Part shown: one piece after another, positions 1 to 9,233 of the stretch
Layout: each line of letters starts with the position of its first letter
Numbering within the stretch: position 1 is the stretch's first letter
Assembly: GCA_041686025.1 (NCBI GenBank)
Contig: JAWLEP010000001.1
Location: 44,545 to 108,544 of the forward strand
Direction of reading: 5' to 3'
Source of the DNA: Candidatus Fermentibacteraceae bacterium
GTDB lineage: Bacteria; Fermentibacterota; Fermentibacteria; Fermentibacterales; JCC-6
DNA length: 64,000 bases
Notes under the pieces: model-generated
Told to the model about the DNA's origin: nothing
Seen by the model: the letters and a program-made list of their open reading frames with translations, nothing else
Databases searched by the model: none
Made by a program: the position numbers and the translations under genes

Positions 1-18
1 GAGGAGGAGGGCCAATCT

Positions 19-93
19 GTGAGCTGCACTGAGTCCGAATCCCTGTCGGAGAAGGTCCCCACCGGCATCGGAGGGCTGGACGGTCTTGGATAG
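19..93 (+). pseudogene. kaiC: kaiC N-terminal remnant (24 codons)
   Basis: GAGGAGG SD at 1-10, GTG at 19. Reads MSCTESESLSEKVPTGIGGLDGLG*; EKVPTGIxGLD is the opening motif of KaiC-family ATPases. The stop overlaps the kaiB start. Confidence 0.6.
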
Positions 94-376
94 CGGGCGA
101 GCCTACTCCCTCCGGCTCTGCGTCTCCGGAGACTCCCCCAGCTCCAGGACCGCCCTGCGGAACCTGAACCGCCTGAAGAGCAGCCTGAAGGAGGCCGAGC
201 TCTCGGTAGAGATGGTGGACGTTTCGGAGGAACCCCAACGGGCGCTGGAGGCGGACGTGTTCCTGACTCCGACCCTGCAGGTGGTCTCGCCGGGGCCGGA
301 GAGGCTGGTCTTCGGTGACCTCAGCGACCTCGATGGGCCGATGCCGCTGTTCGAGGGGCGGGCCGATGAGCGATGA
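86..376 (+). CDS. kaiB: KaiB-like circadian clock / fold-switch protein
   Basis: YSLRLCVSGDSPSS..ALRNL, VDV.E.P..A, TPTL, P.R..FGDLS match the KaiB pattern; TTG start. Confidence 0.85.
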   Translation: MDSGRAYSLRLCVSGDSPSSRTALRNLNRLKSSLKEAELSVEMVDVSEEPQRALEADVFLTPTLQVVSPGPERLVFGDLSDLDGPMPLFEGRADER

Positions 377-3323
377 GCGCCGCCCGCCCTACGGTGAGCT
401 GAGACGCCGGCTGGAGGCCGCGGAATCCGCCCTGGAGGCGATCCGCAGCGGCAAGGTGGACACCATACTGGGCGACGGACAGACCCTGGTGGTCCGACTG
501 GCCGCCGCGGAGGCCCGGGAGAGGCACGTCAAGCAGGTCCTGCTGGCCATCAGGAACGTGAACCAGCTGATAGTGGCCGAGACCGACCGCCGCAGGCTGG
601 CCGCCCGGGCCTGCGAGACCCTGGCGGACACCCTTGGCTACCACAACGCCTGGATGGCCCTGACGGACCGGGACGGGGGTGTCACCTGCGCAGCATCTGC
701 CGGCTTCGATGGCGGTTTCACGGAGGTCCGGGAGCTGCTGGACGCCGGTGAGCCGCCGCGGTGCTTCCGGAAGGCGATACAGACGGAGGAGCCGGTGGTG
801 GTGCTCGCCCCCTCGAAGGAGTGTATCCGATGCCCGCTTTCGGCCGGCTATGCCGACAGGTCCGGCCTGGCCTGTGCTCTTCGCCACGGGAGCAGGACGT
901 ACGGCGTGCTGGCGGTATCCGTCCCCGGGGAGTACGCGTCCGACCCCGAGGAGCTGGACCTATTCGCCGAGCTGGCCGGTGATCTGGGCTTCGCCCTGTA
1001 CAGGCTGGAGGTGGAAAGGGAGCGGGAGAGGGCTCTGGATCGCCTGGCGGAGAGCGAGGAGCGGCTGAAGCTGGCCGTCTCCGGGGCGGAGCTGGGGACG
1101 TGGGACTGGGACGTCCCAACGGGCCGCGTGGAGTTCAACGACCGATGGTCCACAATGCTGGGACTGGACCCGGAGGTGACGGAGCCCTCCCTGGACACCT
1201 GGAAGGAGCTGGTCCATCCCGACGACCTCCCGGTCGCGATGGAGGCCCTGCAGAGCCACCTGGAGGGAGAGACCGAAGTCTACTCCGCCGAGTACAGGAT
1301 GCGCCATGCCGATGATGGATGGGTGTGGGTACTCGACCGCGGCAAGGTGATAGAGAGGGACCGGGACGGCAAGCCGCTGCGGGCCTGCGGCACCCACCAG
1401 GACATAACCGGGATCAAGTCCGCCCGGGAGAGCCTGCGGTTCACGGAGATGGTTCTCTCCCAGATACAGGATCGGGTCATCCTGACCGACCTGGAGGGCA
1501 GGATAACCTTCGTCAACGAGGCCGTTTGCAAGATGCTGGGCAGGCCTCGGAGCGAGCTGGTTGGAGAGCATGTTTCCACTCTGGGCGATGACCCGGAGAC
1601 GGGGCCAACCCAGGGGCAAGTTATGCAGGAGGCTCTGGAGGAGGGCTGCTGGCGAGGAGAGGTAACCAACTACCGAGCCGACGGCACGCCGGTGTTACTG
1701 GACAGCAGGGTAAGCCTGGTCCGGGACCGCGAGGGCGAACCGGTGGCCCTGTGCGGAATAAGCACCGACATAACCGACCGCAAAGCGGCCCAGGAGAGGC
1801 TGGTCAGCAGCGAACGGCAGAAGAACCTGATTCTCAACGCCACCACCGAGCTGGTGGCCTACTACGACACGGACCTGCGGGTGCAGTGGGCCAACAGCAC
1901 CGCCGGGAAGTCGGTGGGACTGCGCCCCGAAGACCTGGTGGGAAGGCACTGCTACGAGGCATGGCATGACTCCCGCCGACCCTGCGAGGGCTGCCCCGTA
2001 ATTGCCGCCCGGGACACCGGGATCCCCCACTCCGCCGAGCAGCAGACGCCGGATGGGCGGATGTGGTCGATCAGGGGTTATCCGGTAGTGGGAGACTCCG
2101 GGGAGATCGTGGGCCTGGTAGAGTTCGGAATGGACATCACCGAGAAGCGAAAGGCCCAGCGGGAGCGGGAGCAGCTGGAGCGTCAGTTCCAGAGGGCGCA
2201 GAGGATGGAGTCGGTGGGCCGGCTGGCCGGAGGGATAGCCCACGACCTCAACAACCTGCTCTCGCCCATACTGGGTTACGGAGAGATGCTGGCTGAAGAG
2301 GCCCCGGAGGGCGGAGAGACCGCCGAGAAGCTGGAGCAGATACTGGGAGCCGGAAGGAGGGCGCGGGACCTGGTCCAGCAGTTGCTGGCCTTCAGCCGCA
2401 GGCAGACCCTGGACTTCCGGCCCCTTGACCTCAGCGCGGTGGTGGAAGGCTTTGGGCAGCTCATCAGGAGGGCCATCCGCGAGGATGTAGCCATGGAGAC
2501 ACACCTCCACCCGGATCTTCCGGCGGTGATGGGGGACAGGGGACAGCTGGAGCAGATCCTGATGAACCTGGCGGTGAACGCCCAGGACGCCATGCCGGAG
2601 GGCGGTACCCTCACCATCCGTACCGAGGTCTCCGACCTGGACGAGCTCTACGCCTCCGAGCACGGAGACCTGGAGCCGGGCGGCTACGTGGTCCTCTCCG
2701 TTGAGGACACGGGTGTGGGTATGACCGCAGAAACCCGGGAGCACGTGTTCGAACCCTTCTTCACCACGAAGAAGGAGGGTCTGGGAACCGGCCTCGGCCT
2801 CTCCACAGTCTACGGAATAGTCAAGCAGCACAAGGGCAACGTCTGGATCTACAGCGAGCCCGGCATGGGAACCACCTTCAAGCTGTACATCCCGGTCTGC
2901 GCCGGCGAGGTGGAGGAGGAGCAGGCCCCCGGGGATCAGGCGGCGGCCGGCGGGGGCAGCGAGACCATACTCCTGGCCGAGGACGACCCGCAGGTGGGCA
3001 GGATGGCCCGGGAGATGCTTCGAAGCCAGGGCTATACCGTGTTCGCCGTGAGCAGCGGCGCGGAGGCCCTGGAGCTGCTGCGGGGCTTCCGGGGCACCAT
3101 CGATCTGCTGCTGACCGATATAATCATGCCCGACATGGACGGTATCACCCTCTACGCCGAGGTCCGCCAGATCGGGCCCGACATTCGGGTGCTCTACATG
3201 TCCGGTTACACCCGGGACGTGATCTCAAGCCGGAGGCCCATGGAGGACGGCGCCGGTTTCCTGCAGAAACCCTTCACCCTGAAGACGTTGGCCGGCATGG
3301 TGCGCCGGGTCCTGGACGCCTGA
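366..3323 (+). CDS. GAF/PAS x3 hybrid sensor histidine kinase with receiver domain
   Basis: H-box IAHDLNNLL, N-box QILMNLAVNA, G boxes DTGVGM and GTGLGL, REC with LLLTDIIMP and KPF. PAS_3 motifs (GTWDWD, VHPDD). ATG at 366. Confidence 0.93.
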   Translation: MSDERRPPYGELRRRLEAAESALEAIRSGKVDTILGDGQTLVVRLAAAEARERHVKQVLLAIRNVNQLIVAETDRRRLAARACETLADTLGYHNAWMALTDRDGGVTCAASAGFDGGFTEVRELLDAGEPPRCFRKAIQTEEPVVVLAPSKECIRCPLSAGYADRSGLACALRHGSRTYGVLAVSVPGEYASDPEELDLFAELAGDLGFALYRLEVERERERALDRLAESEERLKLAVSGAELGTWDWDVPTGRVEFNDRWSTMLGLDPEVTEPSLDTWKELVHPDDLPVAMEALQSHLEGETEVYSAEYRMRHADDGWVWVLDRGKVIERDRDGKPLRACGTHQDITGIKSARESLRFTEMVLSQIQDRVILTDLEGRITFVNEAVCKMLGRPRSELVGEHVSTLGDDPETGPTQGQVMQEALEEGCWRGEVTNYRADGTPVLLDSRVSLVRDREGEPVALCGISTDITDRKAAQERLVSSERQKNLILNATTELVAYYDTDLRVQWANSTAGKSVGLRPEDLVGRHCYEAWHDSRRPCEGCPVIAARDTGIPHSAEQQTPDGRMWSIRGYPVVGDSGEIVGLVEFGMDITEKRKAQREREQLERQFQRAQRMESVGRLAGGIAHDLNNLLSPILGYGEMLAEEAPEGGETAEKLEQILGAGRRARDLVQQLLAFSRRQTLDFRPLDLSAVVEGFGQLIRRAIREDVAMETHLHPDLPAVMGDRGQLEQILMNLAVNAQDAMPEGGTLTIRTEVSDLDELYASEHGDLEPGGYVVLSVEDTGVGMTAETREHVFEPFFTTKKEGLGTGLGLSTVYGIVKQHKGNVWIYSEPGMGTTFKLYIPVCAGEVEEEQAPGDQAAAGGGSETILLAEDDPQVGRMAREMLRSQGYTVFAVSSGAEALELLRGFRGTIDLLLTDIIMPDMDGITLYAEVRQIGPDIRVLYMSGYTRDVISSRRPMEDGAGFLQKPFTLKTLAGMVRRVLDA

Positions 3324-4336
3324 TGGCGCAGAGGCTGGTGAAGGTGCTGCTCCCCGCGGAGAGGGCCGACGAGCTTACCGAAGAGCTGGGCAGCAGCGAC
3401 ATATCGGGCTTCTGGCAGGAGGAGCGCGACGACGGCCAGTCGGTGGTGAGCGTGCTCTGCAGCACCGAGCAGGTGGAGGAGCTGATAGCGGGCCTGAACT
3501 CCCGCTTCTCGGCCGTGCAGGGCTTCCGTCTGATAGTGCTCCCTGTGGAGGCCTCCCTGCCGGTTCCCGAGAAGAAGCTGCAGGCGCGGAGGGGGCTGAT
3601 CTCCACCGAGGAGGAGGCGGAGCCCAAGACCCCCAGCCCCCGGATCAGCCGCGAGGAGCTGTATTCGGACGTCAGCGACGGGGCGGTTCTCTCGCTGCCC
3701 TACCTGGTGCTGATATGCCTGTCCACCGTGGTAGCCGCCATAGGCCTGGTACGGGACAACGTGGCGGTGGTGATCGGGGCCATGGTCATCGCCCCGCTGC
3801 TGGGCCCCAACGTGGGGCTGTCGCTGGCCACCACCCTTGCCGACTACGATCTGGGCAGGACGGCCATGAGGACCCTGCTGGCGGCTGTAGCCGTGGCCCT
3901 GGCCCTATCCGCCGGCCTGGGACTGGCGCTGGACCCCGACCCCGCCACCGGGGAGATAGCGACCAGGACGGAGATATCGCTGTACGACATCGTCCTGGCC
4001 CTGGCCGCCGGCGCCGCCGGAGTCATGGCCCTCACCTCGGGTGCCGCCTCCGCCGTCATCGGCGTGATGGTGGCGGTGGCCCTGCTGCCGCCGCTGGTGG
4101 CCGGAGGCCTGCTGCTGGGGAGCGCCCGGTGGGCGGCGGGCGGAAGCGCCCTGCTGCTCTTCGGGGTAAACGTGGTCAGCATCAACCTGGCAGGAGTCCT
4201 GACCTTCCTGCTGAGGGGCATCAGGCCCATGACCTGGTGGGAGGAGGGACGGGCGAGGCGGTCTACCAGGACGGCCATACTGTTCTGGACGCTGCTGCTG
4301 GCGGTGCTGGTGGCCGCCGTGCTGCTGGCGAACTGA
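3323..4336 (+). CDS. TIGR00341/DUF389 family membrane protein
   Basis: VVIGAMVIAPLLGP and GVMVAVALLPP motifs; multiple TM segments. Confidence 0.88.
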   Translation: MAQRLVKVLLPAERADELTEELGSSDISGFWQEERDDGQSVVSVLCSTEQVEELIAGLNSRFSAVQGFRLIVLPVEASLPVPEKKLQARRGLISTEEEAEPKTPSPRISREELYSDVSDGAVLSLPYLVLICLSTVVAAIGLVRDNVAVVIGAMVIAPLLGPNVGLSLATTLADYDLGRTAMRTLLAAVAVALALSAGLGLALDPDPATGEIATRTEISLYDIVLALAAGAAGVMALTSGAASAVIGVMVAVALLPPLVAGGLLLGSARWAAGGSALLLFGVNVVSINLAGVLTFLLRGIRPMTWWEEGRARRSTRTAILFWTLLLAVLVAAVLLAN

Positions 4337-4438
4337 TCCGTCCCGGCGGCGTTGGTTATATTGAAGAGGGAGGAGAACCGGGATCTTTCACAATCCCGTA
4401 CGGTCATTCAACATTCATACCATTCGAGAGGCTGAGTC

Positions 4439-5197
4439 ATGAACGACGAGGAAATCAACCAGAACCGCCTTGCGGTGCTGATAGACGCAGACAACGCCAT
4501 GCCCTCCATAACCGAGGGCCTGCTCACCGAGGTGGCCAAGTACGGCGTGGCCAGCGTCAAGAGGATCTACGGCGACTGGACCACGCCCCACCTGGGCAGC
4601 TGGAAGAAGGTGCTTCTGGAGCACGCCATACAACCCATCCAGCAGTTCAGGTACACCACCGGGAAGAACGCTACGGACAGCGCCATGATCATCGACGCCA
4701 TGGACCTGCTCTACAAGGGCCGCTTCGACGGCTTCTGCCTGGTCTCCAGCGACAGCGACTTCACCCGGCTGGCCTCCCGGATCCGGGAGGAGGGCCTGCT
4801 GGTCTACGGCTTCGGCGAGAACAAGACACCCATGGCCTTCGTGTCCGCCTGCGACAAGTTTATCTACACCGAGGTGCTCATCGCCCAGAAGGAGAGCCCG
4901 GACGGCACCGTCCGCAAGATGAACTCCCGGGAGCTCAAGAGGGACTCCAAGCTGGTCAACCTGTTCCGCAACGCGCTGGAAGCGGCTTCCGACGATTCCG
5001 GCTGGGCCCAGCTGGGGGCGGTGGGAAGCAACATCGCCAACCAGGCACCGGAGTTCGACCCCCGGAACTACGGGTACAAGAAGCTGGGGGAGCTGGCGGC
5101 CGCTCTCGATCTGTTCGAGATCGACGAGAGGATGCAGGCCGACGGGCAGTCGCGGGCCATCTACGTCCGCGACCGCAAGAAGAAGTCCGGGCGGTAG
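4439..5197 (+). CDS. NYN (LabA/DUF88-type PIN) domain protein with C-terminal OST-HTH/LOTUS domain
   Basis: LIDADN, GKNATD..MIIDAMD, LVSSDSDF; C-terminal FDPRNYGYKKL. Confidence 0.9.
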   Translation: MNDEEINQNRLAVLIDADNAMPSITEGLLTEVAKYGVASVKRIYGDWTTPHLGSWKKVLLEHAIQPIQQFRYTTGKNATDSAMIIDAMDLLYKGRFDGFCLVSSDSDFTRLASRIREEGLLVYGFGENKTPMAFVSACDKFIYTEVLIAQKESPDGTVRKMNSRELKRDSKLVNLFRNALEAASDDSGWAQLGAVGSNIANQAPEFDPRNYGYKKLGELAAALDLFEIDERMQADGQSRAIYVRDRKKKSGR

Positions 5198-5199
5198 GG

Positions 5200-5610
5200 T
5201 TGCCTGTAGAGTACAGGTACTGGCCCCAGGGCCCCGTGGTGCTGGCGCGGGGCATCGGGGTGGTATCCGTGAACGACCTGCTGGATTACGGCAGCGACGT
5301 GCTCAGGCGCAACTACAGCCTCGAAGGGGCGGTGGAGTACGTGGACCTCGGCGACGTCCGTGACCTGCAAATCAGCTTTCGGGGCGCGCAGAGGATACTG
5401 CCCAACTACCTGGAGTGGTCCCGCCGCGGTGCGCTGGGGAGCGTCTTCTACGCCCCCAGCGACCTCGCCCACGGCATCGCGTGCATGATGTGCGGGGCCC
5501 TGGAGGCCGTCTCCGGAGGCGCCGGGGCGGGTTTCGTGGTGATGCGCAGCCCCCTGGCCCCGGACGAGGTCATTCCCACCTTCAGGAGTGAGTCCGGGTC
5601 TACCAGATGA
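5200..5610 (+). CDS. Hypothetical protein, possibly STAS/SpoIIAA-like
   Basis: TTG two bases after the NYN stop; MPVEYRYWPQGPVVLARGIGVVSVNDLL... Plausible coding sequence at the 3' end of ORF-track entry 3715..5610. Confidence 0.55.
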   Translation: MPVEYRYWPQGPVVLARGIGVVSVNDLLDYGSDVLRRNYSLEGAVEYVDLGDVRDLQISFRGAQRILPNYLEWSRRGALGSVFYAPSDLAHGIACMMCGALEAVSGGAGAGFVVMRSPLAPDEVIPTFRSESGSTR

Positions 5611-7228
5611 TGCTGCCGGACACCCGCGCCCCCAGCTCGGTGTAGTCGTCCTCCTCCTCGTCCGATCTGTAGACGGTCCTGCTCAGCCTCAGCCCCAGGG
5701 TGGCGGTTCCGGCAATGGCCGGGGGCGACCCGTCGACCCAGGTGGTGAGCTTGCGCCGGTTCGCGCCGGCCCTGGCCATCCGCACCCCCGTCATGGCGCG
5801 CCAGCTCCCCGGATCGGTATACCCTCCCTGGAGGGACCACACCCAGCGGTTCTCGTCCCGGCCCGGCTGACGGCACTGGTGCAGGGTGAGCGCCCCGGAC
5901 GTGGACAGGCCGGTATCACTCTCCTCCAGGGACTGGGTGACGGCCCAGGTGCGTCCGACATAGCTCAGGTCATCGTCCCGCCAGGCGCTTCTCTGCAGGC
6001 TGAATGATCCGGTGGTGGACAGGCCCAGGCCATACAGCCCGAAGGACTTTCCGGCGGCGGCGGAGGCCACCCAGCAGTCCATGTCCGAGCCGGCCAGGCT
6101 GTCGGTCCTGCGGAACCAGGGCGAAGCACCCACGGAGACGTAGGAGCGGCTGCCGGGGGCCCAGGTGGCCCTGGCACCGGCGGAGCTGGTGACGGTCCGG
6201 GCCGACTTCATCTGAAGCAGATCGTCGCGTCCCCGGCGGAAGAAGGCCGTGAGGGTGAGCCGTCGTCGGGCAAGACGGTGGCTGGCCGAGGCCTCGTACT
6301 CCATGAGGTCGGGCTGAAGCGTGGGCGCGCCCAGCGACCTGTAGCCCGGATCGACCCGGGAGACGCCCGCCTGCAGAGAGGTGGCGCCCAGCCTGAGCAG
6401 GGTCCTGCCGGAGAGGGCCATGGCCACCCTGCTGGTGACGTTGGGTCCGAAGAGGTCCTCGATCCACGACGGAACGTCCTCGTACTCCTTGACGGGAGCG
6501 GTCCTGTCTGCGGTGTACAGCGACCATGCCGCCTCTCCGCTGAAGACCGCCCGTCCCGCCTCCAGCCGTCCGCGCAGGCCGGCGGCATGGGACTCGGCAG
6601 GGGGAAGGTCGAGCCAGGGGCCGGAGCCCTCCAGCCTGGTGTTGTCCCACCCGTGCAGGTAGATCAGGTGAACGTGGTCCGACCCCGGCATTCCCATTCC
6701 CGCCCGAAATCCCCAGACCCAGCGGTTGTAGGCGTAGGAGGAGGTATCGGCCGGGTCCACGGAGCGCCTCAGCCTCCCTCCTCCGAAATGGGCGTACACC
6801 GGCCCCGGGGACAGCTCCAGCTCCACGCCGGTCACCGGCCGGCCGTCCATGATCAGGGGGGAGAATGCCACCGTATTGGTGCCAATGCCCAGCCGCCTTA
6901 TCCAGGACATCGGGCCGCCCCGGCCGGACTCGCTGGGCCGGGCGCTCAGGCTGAAGAAGCTGATCCTCTGACGGTTTTCGCTCTCCATGGTGGACACCAG
7001 CACCTCCAGGGATACCGGAACCGACCACAGGGAGGCCGAGGGGTTCAGCAGGGCCCGCCCGTACCGCTGCGGGTAGTCGGGGGGAGCCCCGTCCCGGCTG
7101 ACCAGGCTTCCCAGCAGGGTGACGGAGCCTCCGGTGAGCCGAAAGGGGCCGCCCTCCTCCCCCGGGGCGGAGCCGGCCTTCCCGGCCAGAAGAAGGCAGA
7201 GCAGAGCCGCGGCGGCCCCTCCCCTCAT
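5600..7228 (-). CDS. Putative outer-membrane beta-barrel protein
   Basis: Signal peptide MRGGAAAALLCLLLAGKAGS, alternating beta-strand pattern, C-terminal Trp (RVSGSIIW). ATGA overlap with the upstream gene. Confidence 0.65.
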   Translation of the reverse strand: MRGGAAAALLCLLLAGKAGSAPGEEGGPFRLTGGSVTLLGSLVSRDGAPPDYPQRYGRALLNPSASLWSVPVSLEVLVSTMESENRQRISFFSLSARPSESGRGGPMSWIRRLGIGTNTVAFSPLIMDGRPVTGVELELSPGPVYAHFGGGRLRRSVDPADTSSYAYNRWVWGFRAGMGMPGSDHVHLIYLHGWDNTRLEGSGPWLDLPPAESHAAGLRGRLEAGRAVFSGEAAWSLYTADRTAPVKEYEDVPSWIEDLFGPNVTSRVAMALSGRTLLRLGATSLQAGVSRVDPGYRSLGAPTLQPDLMEYEASASHRLARRRLTLTAFFRRGRDDLLQMKSARTVTSSAGARATWAPGSRSYVSVGASPWFRRTDSLAGSDMDCWVASAAAGKSFGLYGLGLSTTGSFSLQRSAWRDDDLSYVGRTWAVTQSLEESDTGLSTSGALTLHQCRQPGRDENRWVWSLQGGYTDPGSWRAMTGVRMARAGANRRKLTTWVDGSPPAIAGTATLGLRLSRTVYRSDEEEDDYTELGARVSGSIIW

Positions 7229-9060
7229 CTGGCCGCCCGCCTTCCGCCGTCCGGTCCCCCTCCTCCGGTGGGCCATCCCGAAGGGGCCTCCCCGCTGGAG
7301 GCACAGGTTATCTTGACCACGGTTCCCTCCAGGGTTCCCACCAGGAGCGTTCCGTCGGGACATACCTGTATGGAGGCGGTTACCGGAGCGCCCGCATCCG
7401 CCACCCACTCGGGATTTCCCAGCGGGTCGAAGCATCGGACCGTGCCGTCGCCGCAGCCCACGTAGATTCTGCCGTCGCTGCCGGCTGCCGGGGGGGCGGT
7501 GACGGGAGCCCCGACCCGGAGCCTTCTGAGCAGGTGTCCCCGGCCCGGGTGAACCATGCACACGTTCATGCCCCCGGTGGCCGCCAGGACGGTCCCGCCC
7601 TGGCCCAGGACGGCCTCTCTCCACACCGGGCTGCCCAGGTCCACGGACCAGCCGCCCTCCGGCCCCACCTTCTCCAGGCGGCTGCCGCAGGGGACCAGCA
7701 CTCCGCCGTCGGACATCCCCGTGGGGGGCGCCGTGGGCCCGTCCTCCAGGCCCACCCTCCGATGCACCGACCCGTCCGAGGGATCCATCAGCACCAGGCT
7801 GTCGCCGCAGCAGATTGCCAGCCGGTGCCCCAGGCAGGGCGGCATGATCGGTCCTCCCTGCAGGGAGGTCTCCCAGATGACCTCTCCCTCCTCCGGGTCG
7901 ACGCTCAGCACGGTGCCGTCTGCGAAGGCCAGCACCGCCAGGGTGTCGGACACCGCGCCGCCGCGGCACCTGCCCCTGTCGCGGATCTCCCAGAGGGGGA
8001 CCCCGGAGCCGTCCAGCACCGTTGCGCCCCCAAAGCCCAGCGCCATCACGCGGCCCCCGTGCATGGCCAGCTGCTCAACCCGGCCGGGGCCCCGCCAGAC
8101 CCAGGCGTCGCGGCCGCCGGCGTCGATGAAGCGGACGCTTCCGTCGGCGCCCCCCACCGCCGAGGCCAGGGCCCGGCCCAGAACCAGCCCGGCGGTGGCC
8201 TCCGCTCCGGCGGACGCCGTCCAGACCACGCTGCCGGGCTCGGTCCCCGCCGGCCCTCCGGCGTAGGTGAAGCTCCAGGCTTCGCTGGACGCGTACGTCG
8301 ACCCGTCGGAGGCCAGCAGGTCCACCCGCCAGGCGTAGCTGCGTCCCTCCACGGGATCGCCGGACTCCAGGGGCCAGGCCAGCATGGTGGAGCTCACCTG
8401 GGAGCTGACCCGGGGCGGGTTCGACTCCAGCGCCTCCAGCGCGGACTGTCCCTCCATCAGGTCGGTGACCCTGAGCCTGTAGGTCCAGCCCTCCGGAAGC
8501 GCCGGTGCCGGGGGCAGCCAGGTGAAGACCGGCATCTCCCCGGAGACGGTGGCTCCCCTGCCGGGATGGACCGGAGTGGGCGGCGAGAGGTTCTCCGACC
8601 CCTGCTGGAAGCCCCCCTCTCCCAGGAGCTCGCCCCCTGCGTCGAAGACCTGGATGGTTATTATGTAGCTGCCGCTGGGGAAGCTACCGGCCTGCAGAAG
8701 GATGTCCTCGTACTCGGGAAGGTAGAAGGTGGATTCGATGGGGCTGATGTCGGCCTCCGCGGCTATGGTGACCCCCGGGGGAAGGGGAAAATCGGAGGAG
8801 GTGGCCTCCATTACAAGGCCCTGACCCTCCCGCTCCACGGTCAGGTGCAGATACACGGTAAAGCTCTCCGTCGTGGTGTTGATCAGCTCTATTCTCCAGA
8901 GGTCCTGCACGAAGAGCTTGCCCTCAGGGGGCGGATGGAGGATCACCTCCACGGGCATCTGCAGGGGCAGGTGGCCCAGGGGGGCCGCGCTCACCACGGG
9001 AGAGCGGCCGATGGGGACGGTCTCCGTCAGGCAAAGCAGCGATGCCAGCATCAGCGTCAT
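7225..9060 (-). CDS. Secreted protein: Ig/FN3-like N-terminal domains plus PQQ/BamB-like beta-propeller
   Basis: PPTPVHP..VFTWLPPAP..YAWRV module, followed by repeats such as GRIYVGCGDGTVRCFDP.G...W. Confidence 0.7.
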   Translation of the reverse strand: MTLMLASLLCLTETVPIGRSPVVSAAPLGHLPLQMPVEVILHPPPEGKLFVQDLWRIELINTTTESFTVYLHLTVEREGQGLVMEATSSDFPLPPGVTIAAEADISPIESTFYLPEYEDILLQAGSFPSGSYIITIQVFDAGGELLGEGGFQQGSENLSPPTPVHPGRGATVSGEMPVFTWLPPAPALPEGWTYRLRVTDLMEGQSALEALESNPPRVSSQVSSTMLAWPLESGDPVEGRSYAWRVDLLASDGSTYASSEAWSFTYAGGPAGTEPGSVVWTASAGAEATAGLVLGRALASAVGGADGSVRFIDAGGRDAWVWRGPGRVEQLAMHGGRVMALGFGGATVLDGSGVPLWEIRDRGRCRGGAVSDTLAVLAFADGTVLSVDPEEGEVIWETSLQGGPIMPPCLGHRLAICCGDSLVLMDPSDGSVHRRVGLEDGPTAPPTGMSDGGVLVPCGSRLEKVGPEGGWSVDLGSPVWREAVLGQGGTVLAATGGMNVCMVHPGRGHLLRRLRVGAPVTAPPAAGSDGRIYVGCGDGTVRCFDPLGNPEWVADAGAPVTASIQVCPDGTLLVGTLEGTVVKITCASSGEAPSGWPTGGGGPDGGRRAAR

Positions 9061-9233
9061 TGCAAGCTCCTCGAAGGCGGCATTCAACAAGCTTGCCGAT
9101 AATATGGACAACGGCAGCCCCTCCGGAAAGCCGGCCTGCGAACATGACAATTGCGGGATTCATATATTGGGGGTACAGAGGAACGAAGACCGGCCCGGCC
9201 GGCCGGTCGAACAGCAAGCAAGGGGGATATGGA

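Noticed and set aside
3715..5199. 5' part of the 631-aa ORF 3715..5610
   Set aside because: An off-frame Arg/Gly/Pro-rich overlap of two real genes; only 5200..5610 looks coding.
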